A stretch of DNA of 64,000 bases, from assembly GCA_964252035.1 (NCBI GenBank), contig OZ176213.1, one strand, 5' to 3'. Each line of letters begins with the position of its first letter. The first letter of the stretch is position 1. A program made the position numbers and the translations under genes. Positions 1 through 13,275 of the stretch are shown here, piece by piece. The notes beneath the pieces were generated by a model. The model saw only the letters and a list, made by a program, of their open reading frames with translations. It searched no databases and was not told the origin of the DNA. This DNA comes from Podarcis erhardii. Taxonomy: Eukaryota.

Positions 1-2357
1 ATAAAGCATTCAATTTAATCATTTTTTGAAATTGTTGATGATATTATTTTGGAAGTGCTCATGCAACAGAGGAGGAACAGGCAAAGTTGGGAAAGTGGAT
101 TTAAAAACTTGGGCCTCCTTCTGAAACAAGAAGGCTAAAAATTTAAATCAGATACTGATGCAAAGACAGAAGTTGGTAACTTCTGCCAGACTCTGTCAGA
201 ATCACACACTATGGGAATTGGGGCGGTGGAAGCGGCAGGTACAGAGCGCCCGAGGAATTAGAAGGTCATCTCTTCTTTGCAAACTTGCATTCCTTCCATT
301 TATCAAGTCATACGCCAAAGTAAATGGGGCAGAATTAGCTGGTAATGAATTAAGCCGCTCCAACAGCCATCTAAACGCAGATGTGAGACTCGGTAGGAAT
401 TAATGGATTAAGAAGTGGGAGGGAAAGGGGAAAAGACTGGAGCCACAAATGGCTAGGTATTTTCATGCCATCTCAATTATTCACAGTCCAGTTCCTAATC
501 AGCAGAGTGGCAAAAAAGAAAACAGTTTTCCCTGGGAGACAATTTACTTTTAATTCTTTATCAGTGAGATTATTCTAAACTCCTCGTCTTGGAGCCAATC
601 AACTGTTGAGTTATAAAATCACCAGTCAACACAGAAAATTGTGCGCTGGCCAGGGGAGATCCTGTAAAAGGTCTGCTTGAGAATGTTAAGTTGGATATTG
701 TTTGCAGCCTCGGTCTTGCTCATTGTTTTCGGCATTGTAAATCAGGCTTCCTACTTTTCCATCTTCACTTATCTGCTGGGGAACTCTTGTATGTCTCCCA
801 TACCCCAGAAGGTTACAGAGGTTTCTGGGATACGTTTTAGCGTATACCCAGAGTAGGGATCGATGGCTTGAATCTGTGTCAGTTTTGAAGGTGTCTGTTC
901 ATAAGTCCATTTCATTCCATTTCCATGTTAATCTGCAAATTGTATTTCAATGCACATTTGCTCACAAAGTACACATTTACAAAAGTATTTTAGGAATAAA
1001 GGGACACAGGAAGCTGGTTTACACTGGGCCAGGCCCATTGGACCACTTAGCTCAGTACCGTCTCCACTGACTTGCAGCTTCTCTTCAAGGTTTCACACAG
1101 AAGACCTACCTGGAGATGCCTGGGGCCTTCTGCATATGCATCCAATACTAGGGCCGGTACTGTTATAAAGCACTTCCCATTCAAAAAGCAATTTAAAATG
1201 TCTCCCCCTTCTTTTTGTCACTTGGTTACAATGGAAAGCCAATGTTTTGGAATGGTGGGGTCCTTCAGCATCTACACACCTTCATGCTGCAGTGCTAACC
1301 TTCCAGAATTATGCTAAGTGGAAGTGCTCCCACAAGAGGCAATGCTTGGACAGGTTTGTGGCGGATACAGCTATCAGTAGCTCTTGACCCCAATGGCTGC
1401 ATTCTCCCTCTACTGGAGTCAGCATGCTTCTGAATACCCATTGCTGGAAACTGCGGGAAGGTTGATGCTGTTATGTTCATGGACTTTTTGTGGGCTTCCT
1501 GAAAGTGGCATCTGGTTGGCTGCTGTGAGAATAGGCTGTTGAACCAGATGGGCCTTTGGCCTGATCCAGCACCCAGGCTCTTCTTTTGTTCTTAATCTTT
1601 GTTAGCAAATGAGTCCAAGCATATGAATTACACTCCAAGTCAGAAGATTACAGCCTCTATCCTATTAATATTTAGAGACTGTATTTAATAAATACCGTAT
1701 CTCACTTGATGTTATCTGCATTTGTGATACTGGGGTTTTCAGGGAATTGAGAGGATAGCTTCTCATCCCGACAGTTTGTCAAAAAGCCAACAACAAGACT
1801 GTCAGATGTTGCACTCCTAGTATCTGGCATTCTACGGGGATCTATATTTAGTCTCTGACCGTGTTTATCTGTATAAAATGATTTCAATCTATCATCTAAA
1901 AATCACTCAGAAGGGCCTGTGTGTGCACAGCAAACAATATTGGAGAAACAACCTTATCCGGCTAACTCAAGGGAAAAGATGGCAAACACTCCGTGTGCAT
2001 TGTAATTCCCAGTATTAAATGCGGCTGTGTAGATCTATCCTGCTTTTCATTTTACCTTTTGTGCACATCTCAGTTTATCCCCCCCCCCCTTTCATTATCC
2101 TTTCCTCTGCCTTTTTCCTTGGTCACTGTGGTTTTCCGGTTTTCTGTCAATGCACTTCACAAGTTTGGGGTGAATGAAGGGAAATAAAAAAATGGTCTAC
2201 TTCTTAATCTGTCAGTTGAGAACCTTAAATAGGTTGCAAAGGTGGCTGGGGTTGGGGACTGCATTCCTGAGGAACTGCCAGGGTGTGGACCGGGCTCCTT
2301 GGGGATGCTGGTATTATTATTGATAGTAGTAATAACAACAACAAGTAGTGCAACAAC

Positions 2358-2448
2358 AAGTGTGCATGCACATGAAAACTCATACCAATAACAAACTTAG
2401 TTGGTCTCTAAGGTGCTACTGGAAGGATTTTTTTTATTTTGTTTCAAC
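2358..2448 (+). mobile_element. Penelope-like terminal fragment with decayed hammerhead half
   Basis: AAGTGTGCATGCACATGAAAACTCATACCAATAACAAACTTAGTTGGTCTCTAAGGTGCTACTGGAAGG matches the arm at 30002-30072. The CUGAAGA box is absent. Confidence 0.8.
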
Positions 2449-2574
2449 ATTAAAAACAGTTTGAAACAACTTACAGAACTAAAGTGGGTTCCACAAATAT
2501 ATAACTCAAATGTCAACAGCTATGGTAAAGCATCTTCAGTATTAGCCAAATGGTGTGCAATGAATTGCCAGATG

Positions 2575-2925
2575 TACCTCCACAACTTAGGGGCTGCCAC
2601 AGAGAATGTCCTCTCCCAGGCAGCCACTCCTCAAGCCTCTGAGGCCGAAGGAATTTCCAAGAGGGCCCCCTCTGCTGATCTGAGCACCTGTGAGGGACTG
2701 TAGGGAAGGAGGCCATCTTTCAGCTATTTGGTACCTTCTAGGACTTTAAACACACCTTGAATCTGGGCCTGGAAACAAACTGGCAGCCAGTGAAGCTGCT
2801 TTAAAATGGGGGCTACATGAGACCAAATTGGAACTTCAGCCAGTAATCTGGCTGCTGTATTTTGGACCAACTCAAGCTTCTGCATCATTTTCAAGGGGAG
2901 CCCCACACAGAGTGCAGGGACAGCA
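2575..2925 (-). mobile_element. L2 LINE ORF2 C-terminal fragment
   Basis: CVGLPLKMMQKLELVQNTAARLL...PILKQLHWLPV is a typical L2 motif. Confidence 0.85.
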
Positions 2926-3946
2926 GCCAAGATGACAGCAATCCCAACAGGGACACATGAGGGTGTCATGTTTAGCTTTCTTTCTCATTTTCCCATTCTT
3001 TCTTTAAAAAATTAAATTGATTTTAAATTTCATTTAACAAAGCATATCCACAAAGGGGAATACAGAGCTTAACAGTTGTTCAGGAAAAAAAGAAAAATAT
3101 CAGCTGATGGTTGTGGTTTTAAATGTTCTGGTGTAAGCAGTCTCTCCACAGGGTTTCAATGTTCCATTGTCTTAACAAAGACAATAAAACGGCACAGTGT
3201 TGTATAGAAGGTGTGTGTCCTTCCCCTCCAGCTTTCATTGATGTTGCTTTTGTGGTATGGTTAATTTGTCCATATGCACAATGTCCCATAATTGCAAAAT
3301 CCAAGCTTCAAAAAGATTTGCATTTAAATTTTGTGCAGCTCCTTGATATCACTAATCCATCTGCAGTTAATAAATAAAGGATGGGATCTTTTTTAATTAT
3401 ATTCTTAATCTAAGGAATAGCATAAGATAATAGGGCTAGTTTTGATTCTGGTTTTAGTGATTGTCCTGTCATCTGATTAATTATTTAAAAGATTCCCCCC
3501 CCCCCAAGGGAATAATTTTGGGGCAAAACCACCACATGTGTATTAGGGAACCAGGAAAACTGCTTTCCTGCCAGTAGAATTTGGATGTATTGTGGTTAAC
3601 TTTATTCAATTTGTCTGATATACCAGTGATGTGCTGTTTTTAGAGCATTTTCTCGAGTCCTAATTGAGATAGATACAAATGGCAGTCTATCCCAAATTTG
3701 TTTCCAAAGTTATTCCTCTAGCTCTTCTCCAAAACATTTTCCCCGTTTTAGCCTTAATTAAATATGGAGAGGGGTAGCCAACTGTGTGAGGATTTTATAG
3801 AGTTGGAAAATGATTCCTTTTCCCAGTGCATTGGTAGAAGCAAATCATTGTTCAAAGCTGTTTAGGTTGCATAGTGCCTGAGCCCTTATGTTTGGTTGCT
3901 TTGGGAAGTGTATCTGGTGTATCTCTGACCAGCCCCAAGATATATC

Positions 3947-4435
3947 TGTGACGTTAACATATGAGAGAGTGCTGGAGGTGAAAAAGTTAAACAGGTTGAC
4001 CAGTCAGGACCCAGGGGAGTGGAGTCAGTGGGACTATAAAACCAGCTCTGGGAGGGGCAAAAGGGAGAGTTCGTTGGGAGTTGGGTAGTTGGTTGGAGTG
4101 GGAGTGAATTGGGCTAGAGTTGTGGGTAGGTTGAGTTAGTGTAACAAAATAGGATGAGTCAGGAACAGTTAGGGGCTAGGCATGCAAGTAAATATCTGAG
4201 ATATTTAGTGAGTGAGATCAGGTAGCAAAAGTTATAGGTGTGGATAGGCACCTCATGAATGTAATTGACGGATACTGTTTATGAAACCACACGCTTGTTA
4301 AACTGCAATAAATAAACAAAAGTTTATGTTTCGGTTTAACCCTGACTGGACTCAGTATTGTCCCAGGTAGGGCCTGGGTGGTGCCAGCGAGAAATAAAGC
4401 GGTGAAACGTCCAAGGACTCTGTGTGATTGCCACA
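3947..4435 (+). mobile_element. Solo LTR (489 bp), probably Gypsy-type
   Basis: TG...CA termini, perfect 5-bp TSD ATATC (3942-3946 / 4436-4440), TATAAAA near 4037, AATAAA near 4308. Confidence 0.88.
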
Positions 4436-5775
4436 ATATCTTCCAGCATAAAGCTTATTTCTGAAGTTGTAAGGAGCTTTTGATTAGGGCAGAAATCTTT
4501 AAGTTTATACAGCCCCATTGGTTCCCATCTAACAAATGAGCCTGAGCTGGCTGCAATGCGAAAGGAAGAGTGCTGAGCTATTGGAACTGAAGGTGAATCA
4601 AGGGGTAAGAGTTTTAGCTTCCATTCCTTCTATACTATCAAGTCTGATTTTAAAAAAAGATATAATAATGCCTTCACTTTTAAGTTCACCACACATCTGC
4701 AACCATTTTCTTTTCTTTCTTAAGTCTGCGTGAAAATTTGTAAGGATTCTCATGTGTGTTTCTCTGAATGCAAAATTTCTGCATGCAATTTTCCCTATTA
4801 TATGGATTTTTGCTATGGCTTTCCCCTAAAAGAGTGCATTCGCGTTATATTATTTTCACCAAGATGTGGATTTTTGCTCTCTCTTTTCATAATACACACA
4901 TTTTTATTTGCACACTTTGGCTGGAGATCTACAATGTAGTATCTGGAGAAAGTCATATTTTGAAGAATGTAAGAGGAGCCCTGGTAGAGTAAGCCCACAG
5001 CCCACCTAGCCCAATTAGTGCCCCCCCCAGATGCCCAAGGGAAACCCACAAGCAGAACCTGAGTGCAACAGTGTTTGCCTCACTTCTGGTTTATGCATTA
5101 GTTCAGGAAATGCAGATTTGATAGGCTCGGATTAAAATGTGAACCAAGTTTAAATGTGATCCTAATGAATTTCTCACCCAAATCTTAACCTCGGGCAAAG
5201 CTCAGGTCTGAAGAGTTTATAGTTCTTCCCATGGAGGCTTGGGAGCACAATATAACTGTGGGCGGTGCTATTTTTCTAGAAAAAAAAGTGCTGGAACTCA
5301 TCATGGCAATGAAACCCACTTGAGAGGTGCCGGAACTCACCTGAAAGGTTTTGGAACCTACCTGAGAGGTGCTGTTACTGAGTTCCAGTGAGTTCCCCCT
5401 GAAAAAAACCCTGACTGTGGGAATTTTTCAGACCTGAGTGGCCTGCCAGGAGGAGGAACAAAAGACAGATGTGTTTTACTGCTGGACCTGGCAGCTCCTC
5501 ACATAAAAGGAGCCTGCTGCATCAGGCCAATGGCTCACCTAGTCATTTCCAGTTCTGAAGAAGCAGCCAGAGCTGGGGAACCTGTGGATTTCAGCTCCCA
5601 TCAGTCCCAACCAGCATTGTCAAAAGACAGAGACCAATGATGGGAGTTGTAGTCCCACAACATCTGCAGGGTCACAAATCTCCTGCCCCACATCTAAACA
5701 GCAGTATGTAAAATAGACCAATGGATTAACTACATACTCAGAGTAGACCCGCTGAAATTAATGGAGATGACTAAC

Positions 5776-5925
5776 TTGTTATTGTTGTTTAGTCGTTTAG
5801 TCGCGTCCGACTCTTCGTGACCCCATGGACCAGAGCACGCCAGGCACTCCTGTCTTCCACTGCCTCCCGCAGTTTGGTCAAACTCATGCTGGTAGCTTCG
5901 AGAACACTGTCCAACCATCTCGTCC
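5776..5925 (-). mobile_element. Bov-B LINE 3' end fragment
   Basis: Near-identical to the 3' end of the 61591-62019 copy, with a (CAA)n-type tail. Confidence 0.92.
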
Positions 5926-7504
5926 AAGTTCCTTCATTTCAATGGGTGGTGGTCTGGGTCACATGGGGTTAAAAACTTATTACTATTTCTGAAGCAAGGT
6001 CCCTGGCTAACTAGAGCTAACCAATCTGAATTGATAGGGGAGTTATTTAGTCACTGTGATGGCTGCTCTCCCCTTGTCCAGATTGGAACCAATTAGAGTG
6101 AAATGAGGTGTGTCACCAACTAAAGACTGGTTCATAGGGTCACTCTGGAAAAGGGGCCTGGGAAGAACATTGAGAAAGAATTGTTCTGTATGCTCCAAAG
6201 TCAAGAATTTAGGAGATCTGAAAGCACCATGTGTTTAGTTTCAAGAGAATGGTATACGTTGTGTTATGTGCAATGGGACTTCAAGGAAAATGCAGCCTAA
6301 ATCACTCTTAAAGAAAATATTGGAGCACTCCATGTCATTTGCATATAAGTGCACATAAAATAGTTGATTTAGCTAAAAGGCAAGACATGGAGATCTGCAC
6401 TAATCATTACAATGCATCCCAAATCATTATGATTATTACTGTATAATTATAACAATGGGTGTATTCTGAGTATGACATACAACCCCCTTTAAAAAATGTT
6501 TTGTATAACTTTGAACAATTCCTAGAGGCTGATTTTCTGTTTCAAGTGCAATTGTGGGGGTTTTTTCCATTAAAAATTGTTAGAATAAGTCCCGGACTAG
6601 TATTTTCCTTTTATTATGTATAAGCTGCAAGAATCTGCACTTATGCTGGGAAAGTGCTGGTTTACTGGTTTTCCCTTCATCCTCATCGCTATCTGCTTTC
6701 AGCAGAGTCAGCTGCCATCTGAAGGTGAAACAGAGGGACCAAGCAATGCTTGAATCAGTATTTTAGTGCACTCGGGCATTTCCGACAGGGGGAGAGAGAG
6801 AAACAGCCCCTCAAGGATTAGCTTAAGAGATATCAAGGACAGGTGACGGAGAAGCTGAATAAGGGGAACAATGAAGAAAATGAGCGAGAGCCATCGATGT
6901 CGAGATGGCAGATGCTCTACTGGAGAGAGACATTGGAGACTAGAGGCACGATGCAGCATTTTTTCCCAGGAAGGAAAAGTGGCTCTACCCACTTTAAGCT
7001 TGCCCATAAACCTTGCTGTTTGACATGCAGATGTCCCCAGATGTCCCAGGCAGAACTAAAAGCAAAGTCCCTTTTTCCCACCTGGAAAAGCAGGCAAACT
7101 TTGAATTCAGAAGGCTCCTTTGGTATATAGATCCTTCCCATAAAAAGTTTAAAGTATTGCTCAGCAAAAAAACCCTATTCTTTGGCAGAGAGAGAGAGTG
7201 TGTGTGTGTGTGGCATGAGAGTGCAAAGGACCATTCCTTTGGGGGACTGGAGGGGGTACTGCTTATTCTTTCCAGCTGCAGATTTTTCCATTGCATTGCA
7301 CTGAAGTCCAGTCTGGAGGGTCTTCTAGCTTCCAGGCAGTGGAGTTTGAGAAATGCATGCAGTGAGATGGGGGACTAGAAAATTCTCATTTCACTTAAAC
7401 TCTGCATATGGGCTCCAGTGTCCACCCCCAAACGGTGAAATATTTTTTTTGCTATATAACACCCTGCTTCTCCCCAGAATGTTTGCACATTATTTTTTTT
7501 TGCT

Positions 7505-7730
7505 CATGGATCTAGGATTAGCACTGAACACCCAGATGACATCAGTGGCAAGGAGTGCCTCTTTCCTTCTCTGGATAGTGTGTCAGATATGACCACTTCT
7601 GTACCAGGAAATACTTGCCATAGTAATCTATGACCTGGTAAGCTTGTAGCTAAGAGTACTGTAACGTCATTCTATATAGAACTAGCCTTGAATGCGTCTG
7701 AAAGCTGCATTTGGCACAGAATGCAACCCC
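7505..7730 (+). mobile_element. L2 LINE RT fragment (old)
   Basis: LDLGLALNTQMTSVARSA followed by a decayed DYCN-like segment. Confidence 0.6.
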
Positions 7731-8839
7731 CCAATATATTTGAAAAATATATCTAACCAGAATCATATAATATCTATACTGGCTCCCAACACACCACTGA
7801 ACCAGCCTGAATCTTGAGATCTGCATGACAGGCTCTTTTTGTGATTCCACCAATGGGTGAAGCTTGTTTTGATTTGATGAGCTAGACCTACCCTGAATTC
7901 ATAGGATCAGCCATGTAATTAATTTAGGGCAAAGAAACAAAAGAGAAAATAATCAAAGAAAGGGTCTAGTAAATGAGGATCAGACCAGGGGAAAAATGTA
8001 TCTAAGGCTACATTCAAACAGCAGATTATCCAATTTTCCTAACATTTTCATAACTGATAACTTCTGTGTTATATTTGAGCTTGCACATTATGTAAAAGCC
8101 ACTTCTGGGAAACTAATGGAATATAGCACATGTCCAGCATTTACCGGTATTTCCCTGTTAATTGGTTCCAGAAATAATCCATTTGCAGCCTCCTTAAAAG
8201 AGAAAATTGTGGGTGTAAAGTGGTGAAATTTGGGGCATTATACTGGCTTACAGTTCTTTTCTACTGTTTTCATGGGGGAACAGAAGTATGCATATGCAGA
8301 ATGTTTTGGGGAGTGGCAAGGCTGCCCAATGAAATTCATGGTTGTGTCATACCACACCCAATTAAGTCACCAAAAAGGATTCTAAAATGTGCAGATTTGG
8401 ACAATTAAGGGAAGCCAACTTCAACAAAAACAGTAGTCCTGATGGGAAAATGGATGCAATCCTAACTTTGTTGATAAGTGCTGAATTTCTTCAAATTCAG
8501 TCATCTTTATTTGAAGGGGGCCATCTCTCAGATTATGAAAAAAATAATAATCATTGCTCATCCTTTTAAGGTTTTTTTTGCTGTGTCTTCCAGCAACAGC
8601 CATGACAAAAGCACCATACATCTCTTTAACCTTCTCCCGCCATGTGCGAGTCCTTTTCAGATGTGAACCGCTTGCCTGGGTCCCCAGTAGTATTTGCTTG
8701 ATAGATTGCTGGTGATTTCTTCATTGGAGCACCTTGGAGCCCTGGCTTTAAACCCCTGACAGCGTTAGCATAAAAGATTTACATTATGTTATGAGGGCCA
8801 CACAAGAATAATAATTTTAAAATACATTGCCTTAGCTGC

Positions 8840-9330
8840 TGGTGCACCATGGGAAATCTAGAAACGGCAGGCGGTGTGTGCTTGCTCAGTAATTACAAAA
8901 TGGCAGCGCAGGGGGGAAGCTTTGGAGACAAGGAGCTGGAGACGAAAGCCATCTGCGTGCCTTGGCGAATTGAAATTACAGTAATATATGAAGACATTAC
9001 CTGGAAAACCCGGTGCTATTTAAATGATTTACTAGTATGCCCCAGCAAGCTTTAATTTAAGGATAAAGTCATTCGGCAAGCTAATCTGATAGAGGCGGCA
9101 TTATTTCACGCAGTTAAGTTAATTTACACTAGCCGGTTTGTTGTTGCATTTGGCATTATTATCTGCACAAACACCCGATCTGCCTTGACAGAAGCAATAT
9201 ACTGTTTAATACAGCATCTTAATTCAGCCAGCAAGCTATCTGGGATAAAGGTTTGTTTATAACCAATAATGGAGTGCAAAGTCATTTGCGGGGCTAAGCT
9301 GATAACATTGATGAGAAGCAGAATGTTCCT
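8840..9330. promoter_or_regulatory. Candidate conserved non-coding element (enhancer-like)
   Basis: No repeat similarity recognised, CpGs retained, dense TAAT/ATTA motifs. Conservation not tested. Confidence 0.4.
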
Positions 9331-11343
9331 CTCCCCACCCCTCCTTTTTTAAAGGAAGGAACTATCCATTCATTTCTTTGCTTGTATAATAATGTTAGCC
9401 CGGTGGGTTGTTTACCCATTGCTCTCACTTTCCTCTCATTACAAAGTGCCCCATGGTGTTCTTCTTATTTTTCTTGCCATTTTTCTTCCAACTTCGGCCA
9501 GGCTACTAGCAAATACATTTCCCACCCCTCTCGCCTCAAGTCAAGTCAGGATTGTCTGACAAAGCCTCCAGGACTTCTCATTTAATGGGAACTAATTTTG
9601 AAAACATCTGATAAGTACATTAAGAAGCAAGGTTCCCCCCCCTCTCTTCCCCACTTGCCCCCAATTTATTAATCTTCCATTTAAAAAAATTAAACCACCT
9701 AAATTGTCAGTGGCATATATCAATAAGGATATTGGTTTTTCCTCAAGGATACTGTGAGTTCCAGCTAGGGCTGTGCTGAACATTTCTCTTGCATTTCTTC
9801 AAACCATTCTTTCTCAATGATCAGGGAAAAAACGGTATTTGAAAATCATGAAAGGGAGAAATCAACAGAAATGGAGTGCAGGGTTTTGGGGGTTTTTTTG
9901 ACATGCTTATCTTACTTTTGAAATGACTGAGGGGTGTTTGAGAGCATCCTTCTTTTATTCTGCAGAACATCTCCACTTTGCAGCCTCCTCAGATGCTCAC
10001 TCTTCAGTTCAGTCCCAGACATCATGAAGTGATGGCTTCCCTGAAGCTTTTTCAGATCAGGAAGTGTGGGCAGCTAGGGAGGCTTCAGTGCCCTAGAGAA
10101 ATGTTTACTGGAAGAAAAAACACACACCATTCTTGGCCACCCCGCAATAATAGCCTAAGCTCTCTTGAACCTGAGATGCGTGTTTGCAGGACCTATCCTA
10201 TTCCTGTGGCTGTAATTTATTTTAACTGTTTTTAGGACTGAGTTTTAAAGTGTTGTAACCCACCCTGGAATCTGCTGGCGAGGAGCAGGTGGTACCACTA
10301 CTACTACCACAACAACTACTACTGACAATAATAACATATGGCAAGTGAAACTTTCTTTCAATCATTTGCTTAATCTTGGGATATTTGGATTTACACCTAA
10401 CTGTCATATGTTGTCTACATGCTTCTTTATTGAAATTGTGGTGATTCAGATGCTTCCTGCTGTACTTTGCATTTTATAATGTGCATGCAAGGAAGTTACT
10501 TAATTTTTTTTAATATGGCTTTCTTCCTTTCTCCATTCCTTCTTCCTCTCTTTATCTTTCTCCATCTTTCTCTTTTCTGTTGCTATGTTTTCATTGTCAT
10601 TTTTTTGCATGCATTCACTGCTGAAAATACAATCAAACGTTAGTTACAAAATAGTAGTAAAAGTAGTAGTAACTCGCACCAGCTAAAATTTGAAATAGAT
10701 TGTCAAGTGTCCTGAGAAAAAGTCAGAAAACTGGAAGTCCCTTTGCAGGGGAAGAAAACTTTTGAGAAATGGGAGGACAGATTTTGGCACAGCACTAGTT
10801 CCAACACAAGTGATGTTTTCAAGGCAGGGGATAGGAGTTTAGATCCTGCACACAGCAGTACAATAAATTTCCTGATGGTAGATCTATGCATAATTTGGAG
10901 CAGATTAGCAGCAGCTTCCAAATCTCCCATAACTGTATATACTTTAAGCTGTGAGACAGTGACACACCTAAGGCCTATTCATTGCACTGTGTGACAGAGT
11001 GGGATTTGAACCAGCATTTGCAATGTCCAAATTTGGATCACTAACCAAAAAATAATACTTTAAAAAAAATGGCTGGTGCTCACTTATTTGTCCCATGCCC
11101 AGAAGAGAAATCCAGCAAATAAAACCAGTATTTGTGGTTGTTGCTTGCAGCCTGCAAATGTTCTGTAACTGATTGCATGTGAAGACAGGCTTCGGTGGAT
11201 TGAGTGGACAAGACCAAAAAGTGAGTCTGATGGTCAAGAAGGAAATTTCTGCATCTGCTGTAGAGGAAAGTGAGGGGCAGATGGGGCTCATCAACCTGGG
11301 AAGGTAGCCCATCTTGGAGATGGGAAACTCAGATCATAAAACC

Positions 11344-11946
11344 TGTGATGGCCTGGGACTCTACTCGGACTTGGAACCAGAGGAGACGCAGTCTGCACCG
11401 GATCCTTTGCCTCAGGCATCATCTGAACCAAGTCTGGGGCCTGATCCTGAAGAATCCCAGTCTGCACAGGTTTCCCTGAAACAAACACCAGCTGGGCCAA
11501 GTCAGGGGTCTGAGACTGCGCTGGCTTCAGCTGGGCCATCACTTACAGCTGCTCGAATACTGGTTTGGTCAGGGGAGTCTGAGGTGGTCCCTGGGTCTAG
11601 TAACCCACCAACATCTCCCGAGCTGCAGAGACTAAGGTCTGAGAGAAGGAGAGACCTGAGTACTCACAGGAGGAGTGCTCTCATTCGGGCGAAACAGGGA
11701 GGTGTGTCACCAGGGGATCAGGACCGGCCAGTACCTCGACAAAGATAAAAGGCTGTCGGACCCCGCCCCAGGTTGCGGGGGCAACATTGCTGTATGCTAG
11801 ATCCTGCCTGAGATCCTGTACCTGTCCTTCCCTGGTTTCCTGCCTTGTATCCTGCCTTGGCCCTATTGGACTGACCCCCAGCAGAACCTTCAGATTCTGG
11901 ACTGGCCCTGGACCGCATTTCATGGGTTACCCCCAGGCCCAGCACA
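11344..11946 (+). mobile_element. Solo LTR (603 bp), probably Gypsy-type, with an open frame through U3
   Basis: TG...CA termini, perfect 5-bp TSD AAACC (11339-11343 / 11947-11951), TATA-like GATAAAAG near 11744 followed by a pyrimidine-rich R/U5. Confidence 0.88.
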
Positions 11947-12049
11947 AAACCTATGCTGCCATGTAGGATATCTCTAGGAGAAGGCTAATTCTACACAAAG
12001 CTGGAGTGGAGGCCCTAAGACAGCTGGATGGTGCCTTCTATGCCTCCTA

Positions 12050-12286
12050 TGTGGTGTAGTGGTTAAGAGCGATAGACTCGTAATCTGGGGAACCGGGTTC
12101 GCGTCTCCGCTCCTCCACATGCAGCTGCTGGGTGACCTTGGGCCAGTCACACTTCTTTGAAGTCTCTCAGCCCCACTCACCTCACAGAGTGCTTGTTGTG
12201 GGGGAGGAAGGGAAAGGAGATTGTTAGCCGCTTTGAGACTCCTTAGGGTAGTGATAAAGCAGGATATCAAATCCAAACTCTTCTTC
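12050..12286 (+). mobile_element. Squam3-like (MIR/Ther1-derived) SINE
   Basis: A box GTGGTGTAGTGGTTAAG, B box GGTTCGCGTCT, CORE-like GCTGGGTGACCTTGGGCCAGTCAC, (CTT)n tail. Confidence 0.88.
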
Positions 12287-12559
12287 CTTCCAACAATGCC
12301 TGCAGCCAAGCTGGTGCCAAACATAATGCTTTCCTTTCCTTTGGAGCACATCAGTGAGGCCAAGAGGGAGGTCCTGTCATCACACTTCTGTGACACTGGG
12401 TAGACCAGGACTTCCAAACACACTGCCCAGGCTTGTGCCTTGGGGAGGTTACTTAGGTGTTGCTAAGGCAGTGGGGTGGGTAACACAGCTGGAAGTGTTG
12501 CATCTGATGAATACAGGGTGGAATGGAAAATGATACTTCCCTATCCAAGACAGAAACAA

Positions 12560-13275
12560 GCTATCAGAGAGGGGGAACGATGGATGGGGCACCATCAACT
12601 TCAATCTATGATGCATATATCTTTGTTGTTCCTAAGTCTGTCAAATATCTTACTAAGTGTGCGAATCACAGGTCAATTTCTTCAGCAAAGCAAACAGAGT
12701 TCAGGCAATGATGAGAATAATAGTACATGCAGATCAAGTGGGTTTTCTTAAGTATCGATGGGAGAAGACTATTTAAGATTGGAAACAATTGGGTTGCTTT
12801 AAATCATAAAATTGATCCAGTTGCACGTAGTTCCCTGGACACTGAAACGGCATTTGAGAAAAGATGTTGCCAATTTATATCTCTTACTTTGGAAAAATGT
12901 GGATTTCCTCAAGAATTTATGAAGTGGATTGGAAAATTACACCTTGCTCCTAGATCATAAGTAAAGTCAAATGGAATCCATTTGGTTTGTAGAGAGGTAG
13001 AAGACAGAGCTGCCCTCTTTCTCTGTTGATATTTGATTTATGTTTGGAACCACTGGCATGTGCAATTAGGACAGAGAGATTTTGGGTTTTGTTCATGAGG
13101 AAGCTGGATTTAAATTAGCTTTGTATGCAGATGATTTACTATAATTTATTAGTAGTCCAGAAGCATATATACCAGATATAATAAAGATAATGAATAGTTT
13201 TGGTAGTATTTCAGAGCATATGATTAACTGATTAAAATCTGAATTAATGATTAACTGATTAAAATCTGAATTAAC
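12560..13275 (+). mobile_element. L1 LINE ORF2 reverse-transcriptase fragment (decayed)
   Basis: Remnants AYIFVVPK..CANHRSIS, SLDTETAFE, RQSCPLSLLIFDLCLEPLACAIR and KLALYADD, with stops and frameshifts. Confidence 0.85.
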
